The translations under genes were made by a program, and so were the position numbers. Source: an uncultured Bacteroidales bacterium (lineage in GTDB: Bacteria; Bacteroidota; Bacteroidia; Bacteroidales; BM520). Taken from it: a stretch of 61,259 bases of DNA. The notes under the pieces were generated by a model. The model was not told where the DNA came from. It searched no databases and was given only the letters and a program-made list of their open reading frames with translations. Within the stretch, counting starts at the first letter, position 1, and every line of letters starts with the position of its first letter. This document shows positions 49,473 to 60,056 of the stretch, piece by piece. The stretch covers positions 1-61,259 of the forward strand of contig CAZQNY010000005.1 of the NCBI GenBank assembly GCA_964594665.1, written 5' to 3'.

Positions 49473-50627
49473 TTACTTTTTAATTACTGAGTGTGCCATC
49501 ATGCGGGTTTCTTTGTCGGTGACAAGCAGATCTTCCAGTGATGGATGTTTAATAAAAGATATTTTGTCCAGACAATGTTCAATAATGTCTGACATTCCTG
49601 TAAACGATATTTGCCGGTTAAGAAATGCACTTACTGCGATTTCATTGGCAGCATTTAGCACGCAGGGCGTGTTGCCCCCCTGTAACAGTGCGTCATATGC
49701 AAGGGCAAGATTACGAAAATTATCCGGATCAGGCTTTTCAAAGGTGAATTCCGGGTGTTCGAATATGTTAAAGTTTGTGAAATCAGCTTTAATACGATGG
49801 GGATAGGTGAGCGCATATTGTATAGGCACGCGCATGTCGGGAGCACCCAGCTGGGCCTTGATACTACCATCCTCAAAAGCCACCATGCTGTGAATAATGG
49901 ATTGCGGATGTACTACAACCTGAATTTGATCAGGAGTGACATCAAACAGCCACTTTGCTTCAATAACCTCCAGGCCTTTGTTCATCATGCTGGCGCTGTC
50001 GATGGTGATTTTTGCGCCCATATTCCAGGTAGGGTGCTTCAGCGCCATTTCAGGAGTAACCTTCTGGAGCTGTTGATGTGTAAATCCTCTGAAAGGCCCC
50101 CCGCTGGCAGTAAGCAATATTTTATTGATTTTGTTGGGCTCACCGGCAAGGCATTGAGCTATGGCGGAGTGTTCCGAATCGATAGGATAGAGGTTAATGC
50201 CTTTTTTCCGGGCGCTGGATGTTACGAGTTCACCGGCAACAACGAGGGTTTCCTTGTTGGCGATGGCTACCGGCTTTCCTGCATCAATGGCTGCCAGGGT
50301 AGGGCGCAGGCCTACGGCACCAACAACTGCCGTAACAACGATGTCAACAGTTCCCATTTCCGTGACCTGAGAAAGGGCTTCTTCCCCTGCATAAACCTTT
50401 ATGGGCAGGTCGTAAAGAGCATCGCTGACTGTTTTATACCCTTGCTCATCGCTTATTACAACAGCATTTGGCACAAACTCACGGGCTTGTTCAATGAGTA
50501 AAGCAGTATTTTTATATGCCGTAAGTACTTCAGCAACAAATTGGTCGGAATTATTCCTGATTACATCCAGGGTTTGAACCCCTATGGATCCTGTCGATCC
50601 CAGGAGTGCAATATGTTTCTTTTTCAT
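49473..50627 (-). CDS. dxr: 1-deoxy-D-xylulose 5-phosphate reductoisomerase
   Basis: LLGSTGSIG, ANKETLV, PIDSEH, LTASGGPF and NKGLEVIEA; start moved to 50627 (ATGA overlap with the M23 gene). Confidence 0.97.
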   Translation of the reverse strand: MKKKHIALLGSTGSIGVQTLDVIRNNSDQFVAEVLTAYKNTALLIEQAREFVPNAVVISDEQGYKTVSDALYDLPIKVYAGEEALSQVTEMGTVDIVVTAVVGAVGLRPTLAAIDAGKPVAIANKETLVVAGELVTSSARKKGINLYPIDSEHSAIAQCLAGEPNKINKILLTASGGPFRGFTHQQLQKVTPEMALKHPTWNMGAKITIDSASMMNKGLEVIEAKWLFDVTPDQIQVVVHPQSIIHSMVAFEDGSIKAQLGAPDMRVPIQYALTYPHRIKADFTNFNIFEHPEFTFEKPDPDNFRNLALAYDALLQGGNTPCVLNAANEIAVSAFLNRQISFTGMSDIIEHCLDKISFIKHPSLEDLLVTDKETRMMAHSVIKK

Positions 50628-51529
50628 AGGGTTGCGATATTTAAGAATTTTGCCGGGTTCATAGGGTTTCCGCGATACCAAACTTCAAAGTGCAGGTGTG
50701 GCCCTGTGGATACCTCTCCCGATTCCCCGACAATGGCAATTGCCTCTCCGGCTTCCACATAATCACCCTGCTTTTTTAACAATACTGCATTGTGTTTGTA
50801 GACCGAAATAAGCTCATGGCGGTGTTGAATCGCAATAACATAACCTGTCTCCACCGTCCAGTTGCTCATGATAACCGTGCCGTCAAGTGTTGCCAGTACG
50901 GGCTCATTGTCGCGGGTTACCAGATCAATACCATAATGCTTGTTTATGGGGTCGAAAGGTGATGTCATTGTGCCTTCAACGGGTTGGTAGAATAGAAAAT
51001 TTGCCGCTGATGTGATATCATTGTATAGATCCTCGCTCTGCCGGAATTTTAAATTGTATCGCGTAGCTTCCTCGAATTCAGCTCTTAACAGGCTGTCTTG
51101 TGCCGAGTTCTCTATAATAATATTTGCATTCTCTGTCGATGTAATGCCTTTGTTGTTTATCGTATCAACACCGTAAATATTTTCAATAACAGTACTATCG
51201 GAAAGGATTATGTAAAGATTATTGAGATAGGCTTCTTTTTGCTTCATGGATTGCTCCAGGGAATCAGCACGCGCTGTAAGCTGGTAAAGGTCTTGTTTAA
51301 ATTGAACTTCTGTATATCCCGGGATGTATTCCTTCAGCCCTGTTTTTGAGATCAGAAAAAAAGTCCCGGTAGCAATAATAATTATGGTGAAGGTAATCAC
51401 TACCAGAACGTTGAGTCCTGTTATTTTCATGGAGAACCGCTCTTCAAAGGTGTGTTCTTTAAGCATCACCAGCCGATATCTGTCGTTGAGCTTTTTAAGT
51501 CGTTTTTTCTTTTTTTTGCTATTCTCCAC
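50624..51529 (-). CDS. M23 family metallopeptidase with N-terminal TM anchor
   Basis: HYGID, YKHN and TGPHLHFE motifs; GTG start at 51529 is my best guess. Confidence 0.88.
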   Translation of the reverse strand: MENSKKKKKRLKKLNDRYRLVMLKEHTFEERFSMKITGLNVLVVITFTIIIIATGTFFLISKTGLKEYIPGYTEVQFKQDLYQLTARADSLEQSMKQKEAYLNNLYIILSDSTVIENIYGVDTINNKGITSTENANIIIENSAQDSLLRAEFEEATRYNLKFRQSEDLYNDITSAANFLFYQPVEGTMTSPFDPINKHYGIDLVTRDNEPVLATLDGTVIMSNWTVETGYVIAIQHRHELISVYKHNAVLLKKQGDYVEAGEAIAIVGESGEVSTGPHLHFEVWYRGNPMNPAKFLNIATL

Positions 51530-51709
51530 GCTATTCAACGTTTTCTTAAATTGGATAATTATCTTTGTGCAAATATCGTAAAAATCCACTGATTCACACA
51601 TAAGTAATATTTCGACCTGCCAGGAAAAAGGATTTCGTGCAATGAATTCGAAAAAATAAAATATTTTTGCAGGGAAGTAGTTAATCTATAAGAAACAGAT
51701 AATTATACC

Positions 51710-54376
51710 TTGAATAAGAAAGAATATCTCCACCAGGCGCGAATTGTATCAGTACTACTGATGGTTGTATTGGTAATGTCATCCTGCAGTACAAAAAAGA
51801 ACACGGCGTTTCGTCGTGCATTTCATAATCTGAACACCCATTATAACGGGTACTGGAATGGTCGTGAGAGTTTCCGGCAGGGCGTCAGGGAACTGGAATA
51901 TAACGGGCAGGACAACTATGCTTTTGTGCTACCAGTAGTTTATTATGGAAATAAACAGGAAGCTGCCTCACTGGCTCCATACATGGATAAGGCCATTGAA
52001 AAAGCCGGAATCATGATCCAGCGTCACTCTATGATTTTTGATAAAGAGGAGAAGGTAAAATGGATTGATGATTGTTATTTGCTAATTGGTCAGTCGTATT
52101 TTTATAAAAAGGAGTACCTGAAAGCCCGGCGTACTTTTGAATTTATTACAAAGAATTACAATAAAGCCATGGGTGCTGAGGCACAGCTATGGATGGCACG
52201 TGCCTATAATCAGATGGGGGAGTTTGAAAAATCACTTACCATCCTGGAAACCATGCAGCCCAAAATCGATCAACATACGGTTCCTATAGATGTTGTTCGC
52301 CTGTTTCCCTTAGTGTATGCTGAGTTTTACCTTATGCAGGAGCGCTACTCTGAGGCCAGAAAACATCTGGAAAACGGAATTATCTTCAATAGAAATAAAA
52401 AGCTTCGTACACGATTGATGTATATCCTGGCACAGATTTATCAACAGGAAGGTGACCTGGAAGCAGCAACAGAATATTTTTCAAAGGTTATAAGGAAAAA
52501 CCCCGGGTATGAGATGACTTTTAATGCCCGCATCAGCCTTGCACAGTCGTATGATGCTGCAAGTGGTAATAAGTCCATGGTGCTCAAGCAACTTAACAAG
52601 TTACTGGAAGACGAGAAAAACGTAGAGTACCGGGACCAGATATATTATGCGCTGGCAGAAATTGCCCGCCGCGACAGGGATACTACTTTACTGATGAAGA
52701 ATCTTTCCAGCTCGGTGGCATCCAGTGAGGATAATAATTATCAGCTCTCCAAGTCAGCACTTGAGCTTGCGGATATCTATTTTTACCGCAATAATTATGA
52801 AATGGCGCAGTCATACTACGATACCGCTATGCAGTCGATCCCAGACGATTACCCTAATCTTGCCAAATTACGTAAAAAGACAGGCACACTTACTGATTTG
52901 GTAACCAACCTTACAGAGGTACAGCGTCAGGACAGCCTTCAGCATCTGGCTAGTCTTGAGGAGGGTGAAAGAATGGAAATCATCAAGGCGTTGATAAAGA
53001 AAATAGAGGCTGAGGAGCGCCGAAAGAAAGAAGCGGAACGCCGCAAACAGCAGCAGCTTATGCAGGCACGTATGAATCAGATGCAAAACCGGCAAATGCA
53101 AAATATGCCCGGTATGGGAGGCGCGAAATGGTATTTTTATAATCCGCAAACAGTAAGCTTCGGTATGGCGGACTTTGAAAAACGCTGGGGAGACCGTAAA
53201 CTTGAAGATTTGTGGAGGCTTTCGAATAAGGTAGTGGTGGATTTTGGAGATTTCTCTGATGAAGAGGGAATGGCTGCCGACAGCCTGGCTGCGGCGGATA
53301 CTATCAAGCGATCGGTGGATCCCAAAGACCCGCAAACCTACCTCCAGGATATTCCCCTGACAGAGGAACAGATGAAAGTTTCAAATGAGAAAATTGAAAG
53401 TGCTCTCTTTAATGCCGGGTTTATCTATTACGAAGGCCTGGGCGATCTGGAAGCCTCTATTGTGTGTTTTGAAAATCTTATTGAACGCTACCCGGAAAGT
53501 GATAATATGCTCTTGTCGTTATATATGTTGTACAAACAAAATGGTGACCTCGGGAATGCGGAAAGGGAAGAGTATTATAAATCGCGCATACTTAATGAGT
53601 TTCCTGATACGGATTATGCGAAAATTATCCGTGATCCGGAGTATAATAAAACACTGCTGGAAACACTTAACCGAAAGGCATCGCTTTACAGGGAAACCTA
53701 TATGGCATATGAAGACGGAATGCATAACCTGGTATTAATTTATACCGACGAAGGCATTAATAATTTTGATGAAGATGCTTTTACGCCTAAGTTTAAATAC
53801 CTGCGCGCTCTTTCCTTTGGTGCAAAACAACAACAGGACAGCCTGGTGAAAAACCTGCAGGAAATTGTTACTGTTTATCCCAATAGCGAAGTGACGCCTC
53901 TGGCGCAAAATATCCTTATCCAGATGTTTAATCCTGATTTGGAACAGGAAACAGCAGACAATGAAGAAGATCAGGTTTCTGAAGAGATGAAGAATCTTAT
54001 GGAACAATATAAATATACTCCTGACCAGCAGCACTTTTATGTCCTTATTGTGGATGGTACCAAAGTAAATGTTAATGCCACAAAGGTTAAGGTTTCTGAT
54101 TACAATAGTAAATATCAGGGGCTGTCAAAGCTATCTGTAAGCTCTGTAATTCTGAAAGATAAAATGCAAATGATTACTATTAGTAGTTTTAATAATGCTT
54201 CTGAGGCTCAGGATTATATGTCAGATATCTCATCAAATCAATATGTATTCTCTCAGCTGGCGCCAGAAGATTATTATCAATTTATCATTGGCTCCGGTAA
54301 TTATCCTGTTTTTTATAAAAATAAGAATATAGATGCCTATCTTATGTTTTATAATAAAGAATATATAGAAGAGTAA
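51710..54376 (+). CDS. sprE: T9SS TPR lipoprotein SprE/PorW-like
   Basis: TTG start; MSSCSTKKNT...HNLNTHYNGYWNG; multiple TPRs; WYFYN...F.KRWGDRKLEDLWR. Confidence 0.8.
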   Translation: MNKKEYLHQARIVSVLLMVVLVMSSCSTKKNTAFRRAFHNLNTHYNGYWNGRESFRQGVRELEYNGQDNYAFVLPVVYYGNKQEAASLAPYMDKAIEKAGIMIQRHSMIFDKEEKVKWIDDCYLLIGQSYFYKKEYLKARRTFEFITKNYNKAMGAEAQLWMARAYNQMGEFEKSLTILETMQPKIDQHTVPIDVVRLFPLVYAEFYLMQERYSEARKHLENGIIFNRNKKLRTRLMYILAQIYQQEGDLEAATEYFSKVIRKNPGYEMTFNARISLAQSYDAASGNKSMVLKQLNKLLEDEKNVEYRDQIYYALAEIARRDRDTTLLMKNLSSSVASSEDNNYQLSKSALELADIYFYRNNYEMAQSYYDTAMQSIPDDYPNLAKLRKKTGTLTDLVTNLTEVQRQDSLQHLASLEEGERMEIIKALIKKIEAEERRKKEAERRKQQQLMQARMNQMQNRQMQNMPGMGGAKWYFYNPQTVSFGMADFEKRWGDRKLEDLWRLSNKVVVDFGDFSDEEGMAADSLAAADTIKRSVDPKDPQTYLQDIPLTEEQMKVSNEKIESALFNAGFIYYEGLGDLEASIVCFENLIERYPESDNMLLSLYMLYKQNGDLGNAEREEYYKSRILNEFPDTDYAKIIRDPEYNKTLLETLNRKASLYRETYMAYEDGMHNLVLIYTDEGINNFDEDAFTPKFKYLRALSFGAKQQQDSLVKNLQEIVTVYPNSEVTPLAQNILIQMFNPDLEQETADNEEDQVSEEMKNLMEQYKYTPDQQHFYVLIVDGTKVNVNATKVKVSDYNSKYQGLSKLSVSSVILKDKMQMITISSFNNASEAQDYMSDISSNQYVFSQLAPEDYYQFIIGSGNYPVFYKNKNIDAYLMFYNKEYIEE

Positions 54377-54435
54377 AAGATGATATATCGCATAAAAAAC
54401 AATATCTTTGTTTTTTGCGTTTAAAAAGACCAATT

Positions 54436-54825
54436 ATGGCGAAGACACCAGAAATGGATACAACCTCTGCAAATCTGATTCAGAGTGGCACAGCAATTAA
54501 AGGAGATGTTACTACGAATGGTAATATCCGTATAGATGGAAAATTGTCAGGAACGTTGCAGTGTAAAGGCAAGCTCATAATAGGTAAAACCGGTGAGGTA
54601 GACGGAACTGTTATTTGCAGCAATGCAGAAGTTCAGGGTACATTGAAAGCTTCAATGAATGTAGCGGGTTTATTAACATTAAAGAGTACCGCTCAACTTT
54701 ATGGCGATATCGTTGTTGATAAATTAGCAATTGAACCGGGAGCAGTTTTTACCGGGAATTGTAAAATGGGTGATGGAGCAGCCTTAAAAGAAAAAAATGA
54801 CTCCCGAATTAACGCTGCAGGGTAG
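54436..54825 (+). CDS. Bactofilin (polymer-forming cytoskeletal protein)
   Basis: IQSGTAIKGDV...IRIDG...LAIEPGAVFTGNCKM beta-helix; start moved to 54436. Confidence 0.92.
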   Translation: MAKTPEMDTTSANLIQSGTAIKGDVTTNGNIRIDGKLSGTLQCKGKLIIGKTGEVDGTVICSNAEVQGTLKASMNVAGLLTLKSTAQLYGDIVVDKLAIEPGAVFTGNCKMGDGAALKEKNDSRINAAG

Positions 54826-54857
54826 CAGTCTTTGCAGCGTGTAAAATACCAATCCTT

Positions 54858-55286
54858 ATGCCTCAAATAATTTATATTACTCGCCGGGAGCGTTTTAATG
54901 GCGCTCATCGGTTGTTTCGCGCCGATTGGAGTGACGAAAAAAACCTGGAGGTCTTTGGGAAATGTTCCAACCCCCACTGGCATGGCCATAATTATACGCT
55001 ATTCGTTACAGTAAAAGGACCAATGGATCCTGAAACGGGATTTTTGGTGAACCTTAAAGATCTGAGCCGCATTATTAAGGAGGAGGTTATTGAAAAACTG
55101 GATCATAAAAACCTGAATGTGGAAGTGGACTTCCTGAAAGATACTATTATATCTTCCGAGAATATCGCCATTGCCATCTGGAATCAGCTGGCACCTCTTG
55201 TTAAGGATATTGGTGCCACACTGCATTGCGTTAAGCTTGTGGAAACAGAAAATAATTATGTTGAATATTTTGGAGAATTAGTATGA
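54858..55286 (+). CDS. 6-pyruvoyl tetrahydropterin synthase family protein (Cx5HGH type)
   Basis: [33 protein letters not shown] and ETENN motifs. Confidence 0.88.
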   Translation: MPQIIYITRRERFNGAHRLFRADWSDEKNLEVFGKCSNPHWHGHNYTLFVTVKGPMDPETGFLVNLKDLSRIIKEEVIEKLDHKNLNVEVDFLKDTIISSENIAIAIWNQLAPLVKDIGATLHCVKLVETENNYVEYFGELV

Positions 55287-55927
55287 AAGAGATAAAGGAA
55301 AGTATGCTCAGAGATAACTGCCTCGACAGCGACAGTTATGAAAAAATTGACTGTTATAATATGGATGTTGTTAATCAAATGGCAGTCCATTATCATGAGA
55401 TCCTGAAGCTTATCGGTGAAGATCCTCAGCGTGAGGGCCTGGTGAAAACTCCTGAACGTGTGGCCAAAGCAATGCAGTTTCTTACACATGGTTACGGATT
55501 AAAGCCTCAGGAAATTCTGCTCTCTGCGCGCTTTAAAGAAGATTACCGCCAAATGGTTCTTGTAAAGGATATTGAAATCTATTCATTGTGTGAGCATCAT
55601 ATGATACCTTTTGTTGGTAAAGCACATGTTGCTTATATCCCCAATGGTTATATTGTCGGGCTCAGTAAAATACCCCGTGTTGTGGATGCCTTTGCCCGCA
55701 GATTACAGGTTCAGGAACGACTTACAACACAGATAAAGGATTGTATTGTAAAAACGCTTAACCCCCTTGGAGTGGCCGTGGTTATTGAAGCTCAGCACAT
55801 GTGTATGTCTATGCGTGGTGTTCAAAAACAAAATTCTGTAACAACAACCTCTGATTTTACTGGTGCTTTCCTGCGCGAGGCAACCCGAGAGGAATTTATT
55901 CATCTTATTGGGACTAAATTGCACTAG
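55283..55927 (+). CDS. folE: GTP cyclohydrolase I
   Basis: [37 protein letters not shown] and HMCMSMRGV motifs. Confidence 0.97.
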   Translation: MKEIKESMLRDNCLDSDSYEKIDCYNMDVVNQMAVHYHEILKLIGEDPQREGLVKTPERVAKAMQFLTHGYGLKPQEILLSARFKEDYRQMVLVKDIEIYSLCEHHMIPFVGKAHVAYIPNGYIVGLSKIPRVVDAFARRLQVQERLTTQIKDCIVKTLNPLGVAVVIEAQHMCMSMRGVQKQNSVTTTSDFTGAFLREATREEFIHLIGTKLH

Positions 55928-55996
55928 AGTGCATTTTTTTTACAAGTATCTTTAGGGTTATCAACCCTTGATGATTTTCAATAATATTGATAAACA

Positions 55997-56707
55997 ATGA
56001 ATATTCAGGAATCCGTATCACTTAATAGTACTGGTACTGCAGTTATAAATTCACTTTTACGACGTGTTTTTGTGCTGATGGCACTGGGAATCGGCCTTAC
56101 CGCCGTTGTTGCATGGTATTTTGCCGCTTCTCCTTCAATGACAGCATTGTTGGTAAATGAACAGGGTATTTCGGGGCTTGGAATAGCCGTTATGTTTGCC
56201 CCTCTGGCATTTGTGCTAATAATGTCGCTGGGCTTTCAGCGGCTTCCGGCAGCGACTCTCGCCCTTCTTTTTGGCCTCTATTCTGTTATTAATGGTGTGA
56301 GTTTCAGCTTTATTTTTATGGCTTATACCACCGCCTCGATATTTAAAACTTTTGCTATTACCGCGCTGATGTTTGGCATAATGGCCGTACTGGGATATAC
56401 CACTAAAATGGATCTTACCCGCTTTGGTTCTCTGATGGTTATGGGATTAATCGGCATTATCGTGGCTACGGTGGTGAATTTTTTCCTGAAAAGTGCTGCA
56501 TTTGATTATTTTATCAGCATTGCAGGAGTAATTGTTTTTACCGGCCTTACTGCATGGGATGTTCAGAAAATCAAACGTTTAGGTGAAACGGCAGGTAGTG
56601 GTGGCGAGACCTATAACAAACTTGCGGTCATGGGTGCATTAACACTGTACCTTGATTTTATTAATTTATTTTTATTTTTGCTGCGCTTTTTTGGTAACAG
56701 AAAATAG
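55997..56707 (+). CDS. Bax inhibitor-1/YccA (YbhL-like) membrane protein
   Basis: About 7 TM segments; GLTAWDVQKIK and GALTLYLDFINLF motifs. Confidence 0.92.
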   Translation: MNIQESVSLNSTGTAVINSLLRRVFVLMALGIGLTAVVAWYFAASPSMTALLVNEQGISGLGIAVMFAPLAFVLIMSLGFQRLPAATLALLFGLYSVINGVSFSFIFMAYTTASIFKTFAITALMFGIMAVLGYTTKMDLTRFGSLMVMGLIGIIVATVVNFFLKSAAFDYFISIAGVIVFTGLTAWDVQKIKRLGETAGSGGETYNKLAVMGALTLYLDFINLFLFLLRFFGNRK

Positions 56708-56769
56708 TTGCAGCCATTTAAGTTGTTAAAAGACAGTATATCTGTTTCGATAAATTTAAGATTATAACA

Positions 56770-57660
56770 ATGAAAGCATTTGTTTTTCCCGGACAGGGAG
56801 CGCAGTATTCAGGAATGGGAAAAGATCTTTATGATGCCAGCTCTATTGCCCGGGATCTGTTTTCCAAGGCAAACCATGTTTTAGGTTTTAAAATCACTGA
56901 CATCATGTTTGAAGGTAGTGAGGATGACCTTAAGCAAACGCGTGTTACGCAGCCTGCCATATTTTTACATTCTGTAATCCTTTCAAAGGTTATGGGAAGC
57001 GATAATTTCCGCCCTGATATGGTTGCCGGTCACTCGCTGGGTGAGTTTTCCGCTCTTGTAGCTGCCAATGCCGTGGCTTTTGAAGAAGGATTAAAACTCG
57101 TTTCCCGCCGCGCTGAGCTTATGCAGATGGCCTGCGAGAAAAACCCTTCCACCATGGCAGCAGTATTAAAAATGAAAGATAAGGATGTGGAGGAAATTTT
57201 GCGCTCCATACCTTCTGAATTAATTGTTGTAGCTGCAAATTACAACTGCCCCGGGCAGGTAGTTATCTCCGGAAGTATGGAGGGTATTGAGGCTGCAGGA
57301 GAAAAACTTAAGGCTGAAGGTGGTCGTGTATTACCACTGAAGGTTGGCGGTGCTTTTCATTCTCCTCTTATGGATCCTGCTAAAGTAGAACTGGAGAAAG
57401 CAATTCAAAAAGCAATCTTTAAAGATCCCGTTTGTCCGATTTATCAGAATGTTAATGCCCAGCCGGTAAAAAATCCTGATGTGATTAAGAGTAACCTTAT
57501 AGCACAGCTTACCAGCCCCGTGCGCTGGACCCAAACGGTTCAGAATATGATTGCTGACGGTGCCAACGAATTTATTGAAGTAGGTCCCGGAAAAGTTTTG
57601 CAGGGTTTGGTGAAAAAAGTGAAAGCTGATGTTTCCGCTGTGAGCGCTACATGGGAATAA
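56770..57660 (+). CDS. fabD: Malonyl-CoA:ACP transacylase
   Basis: FPGQGAQ, TQPA, GHSLGEF, ANYNCPGQ and GAFHSPLM motifs. Confidence 0.97.
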   Translation: MKAFVFPGQGAQYSGMGKDLYDASSIARDLFSKANHVLGFKITDIMFEGSEDDLKQTRVTQPAIFLHSVILSKVMGSDNFRPDMVAGHSLGEFSALVAANAVAFEEGLKLVSRRAELMQMACEKNPSTMAAVLKMKDKDVEEILRSIPSELIVVAANYNCPGQVVISGSMEGIEAAGEKLKAEGGRVLPLKVGGAFHSPLMDPAKVELEKAIQKAIFKDPVCPIYQNVNAQPVKNPDVIKSNLIAQLTSPVRWTQTVQNMIADGANEFIEVGPGKVLQGLVKKVKADVSAVSATWE

Positions 57661-57683
57661 TTCAAAAAAAATACCTTAAATAT

Positions 57684-57720
57684 AAAACCCCGGTCGATAG
57701 CTTCGCCCGGGGTTTCTTTT
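57684..57720. terminator. Bidirectional terminator between fabD and the dipeptidase gene
   Basis: aaaccccgg...ccggggttt stem with A and T flanks. Confidence 0.75.
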
Positions 57721-57745
57721 ATCTTTTCTGTAAAAGAAATGTTTA

Positions 57746-59116
57746 CTATTTCATCTCCTCAACAAAATGTGCATAGAAATGTGCAATCGTTTCAATGCCT
57801 TTGTAGAAGTTAAAGAGTGGGTAGTTCTCGTTTGGTGAGTGGATAGCATCCGACTCAAGACCAAAGCCCATCAGTACTGATTTTGTTTCAAGAATATCGT
57901 TGAAACCGGCGATGATAGGAATAGATCCACCACTGCGAACAGGGATTGGGCGCTTACCAAAGGTATCGGTATAGGCTTTTTCCGCTGCACGGTATGCAGG
58001 AAGGTCGATAGGACATACATACGCCTGGCCTCCGTGGAGAGGTGTTACCTCTACCTTCACGCTCCTGGGAGCGATAGACTCAAAGTGTTTCTTGAACATA
58101 TCAGCAATCTTCTCGTGATTCTGATCGGGAACCAGACGGGTAGAGATTTTGGCGTATGCTGTTGAAGGAAGTACCGTCTTGGCACCTTCGCCGGTATAAC
58201 CACCCCAGATACCACAAACGTCGAAAGAAGGGCGAATACCCGTGCGCTCATTGGTACTAAAGCCGGTTTCACCCTGAAGCTCTTCCACATCAATAGCTTT
58301 TTTGTATTCCTCTTCGCTGAATGGTGCCTCGGCCATAAGCTTACGCTCTTCATCAGTGACAAACAGAACATCATCGTAGAACCCTGGTATGGTGATATGG
58401 TTGTTCTCGTCAGTCATCTGAGAGATGAGGTCACAGAGTACATTGATCGGGTTTGCAACAGCGCCACCAAACAGACCTGAGTGGAGGTCGCGGTTAGGGC
58501 CTTTTACTTCTACCTGCCAGTATGCAAGACCACGAAGCCCGGTTGTAATAGAAGGAATATCAGGAGCGATCATTCCTGTATCTGAAACCAGGATTACGTC
58601 TGATTTCAGGAGCTCTTTGTTATCTTCACAGAACTTATAAAGGCTTGGAGAACCAACTTCTTCTTCACCTTCGATCATGAACTTAACGTTACATGGGAGG
58701 TTATCAGTTTTTACAAGGATTTCAAATGCTTTGGCGTGCATGAAAGCCTGGCCTTTATCATCATCAGCACCACGTGCCCAGATCTTACCATCTTTTACAA
58801 CAGGCTCAAAAGGCTCAGTATTCCACAGGTCGATGGGGTCAACCGGCATTACGTCCATGTGTCCATAAACGAGAACTGTAGGGAGAGCAGGATCGATAAT
58901 TTTTTCACCATAGGTAACAGGATTACCTTCTGTTTCCATCACCTCTGCTTTGTCAGCACCTGCTTCAAGCATCATTTTTTTCCAGTATTCAGCGGCTTTG
59001 TACATATCGGGCTTGTGCTCCGACTGCGAGCTGATTGAAGGGATGCGGATCAGACCAAAGAGTTCGTCGAGGAAGCGATCTTTATTGGCCTCGATGTATT
59101 CATTGATATAAGTCAT
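57746..59116 (-). CDS. M20 family dipeptidase (CNDP-like)
   Basis: YGHMDVMP, RGADDDKG, EGEEEVGS, DLHSG and HSPNE motifs. Confidence 0.92.
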   Translation of the reverse strand: MTYINEYIEANKDRFLDELFGLIRIPSISSQSEHKPDMYKAAEYWKKMMLEAGADKAEVMETEGNPVTYGEKIIDPALPTVLVYGHMDVMPVDPIDLWNTEPFEPVVKDGKIWARGADDDKGQAFMHAKAFEILVKTDNLPCNVKFMIEGEEEVGSPSLYKFCEDNKELLKSDVILVSDTGMIAPDIPSITTGLRGLAYWQVEVKGPNRDLHSGLFGGAVANPINVLCDLISQMTDENNHITIPGFYDDVLFVTDEERKLMAEAPFSEEEYKKAIDVEELQGETGFSTNERTGIRPSFDVCGIWGGYTGEGAKTVLPSTAYAKISTRLVPDQNHEKIADMFKKHFESIAPRSVKVEVTPLHGGQAYVCPIDLPAYRAAEKAYTDTFGKRPIPVRSGGSIPIIAGFNDILETKSVLMGFGLESDAIHSPNENYPLFNFYKGIETIAHFYAHFVEEMK

Positions 59117-59189
59117 AATGAGTTGAATTTATGGGTTATTAATATAATATTTCATATGAGCCCATAAAGGTAAGATAATTCTGAGAAAA

Positions 59190-59489
59190 TCAAGGAAAAA
59201 CAACTTGTCCAACCCTATTGATATGATCTCTTAATTCTGGATTTCCAATATGGTGAAAAATAGAGAGATCAATGTACCAGGGTAGTAAAAGATCGTCAAG
59301 CGCGGTTTCTAGCGATAACAGATCATTAGTTGTTAAATGTTCCCCCTTAAGTGTTATGTCTATATCTGAGTTGTTGCGGAAATTTCCTTTTGCCCTGGAA
59401 CCATATATAATTGCTTTTGAAATGTTTTCATTTTTTGAGAAAACATCACAAATTTTTTTTATTACAGACTCTTCCAGCCCAAATCTCAT
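59190..59489 (-). CDS. Minimal nucleotidyltransferase (MNT) antitoxin
   Basis: IYGSRAKG..RNNSDIDI (GSx10DxD); start moved to MRFGL at 59489. Confidence 0.88.
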   Translation of the reverse strand: MRFGLEESVIKKICDVFSKNENISKAIIYGSRAKGNFRNNSDIDITLKGEHLTTNDLLSLETALDDLLLPWYIDLSIFHHIGNPELRDHINRVGQVVFP

Positions 59490-59490
59490 G

Positions 59491-59979
59491 CTAAAAAATA
59501 TTAGTTTGTGATCCACTTCGTTTCTCTTCCATTACTTTTTGAAATTCACAAAATTCAGGGAAGTAGTTTTCGATAATATTAATATAGATATCTTTTGCAG
59601 TCTCTTTATTGTATGTGTGTGAAGTTTTATTTCTGCTGTTTATCATATCCATCCATGTCTTTCCATTAGATAATAATCCTACACTAAAAGCCCAGCGTGT
59701 AGCATCACGTGATCCGGAGATATTATTACTGCCCTGGAAATGAGCAAAATCTTTCATCACGTTCCATGCGAGCTCATGAGTGTATTCAAATCGTTGAATC
59801 AGCCCTTCAATGATAATTTCACTTTCTATACCAATAGCTTCAAAATCATTTGCTTTGAGATCATCCAGAAGCTCATTATAAATATATTCAACAGCCTCAG
59901 AAAGCTTTTTCAAGGCTTTGTTAAAGTTGCTGAATCGTTGATGCCATCTAATATCCAGATTATCTTCGTTTGTCTCCAT
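59491..59979 (-). CDS. HEPN-domain protein (HI0074 family), putative RNase toxin
   Basis: RWHQRFSNF, GLIQRFEYTHELAWNVMKD and SRNKTSHTY (Rx4H) motifs. Confidence 0.88.
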   Translation of the reverse strand: METNEDNLDIRWHQRFSNFNKALKKLSEAVEYIYNELLDDLKANDFEAIGIESEIIIEGLIQRFEYTHELAWNVMKDFAHFQGSNNISGSRDATRWAFSVGLLSNGKTWMDMINSRNKTSHTYNKETAKDIYINIIENYFPEFCEFQKVMEEKRSGSQTNIF

Positions 59980-59998
59980 AGGACTCCATTCTCAAATT

Positions 59999-60013
59999 CT
60001 TATCAAAGATAAG
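59999..60013 (-). promoter_or_regulatory. -7 element (TATCTTTG, 60004-60011) inside the palindrome cttatc-aaa-gataag
   Basis: Read directly; lies about 20-30 nt upstream of the HEPN start. Confidence 0.5.
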
Positions 60014-60056
60014 CATTGTTTGGAATAGAACTACTAATTGCGATTTCCGGATTACA

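Noticed and set aside
53030-53125. Gln/Met-rich low-complexity stretch in SprE
   Set aside because: It lies in the variable linker before the conserved WYFYN motif and has no DNA-level repeat.
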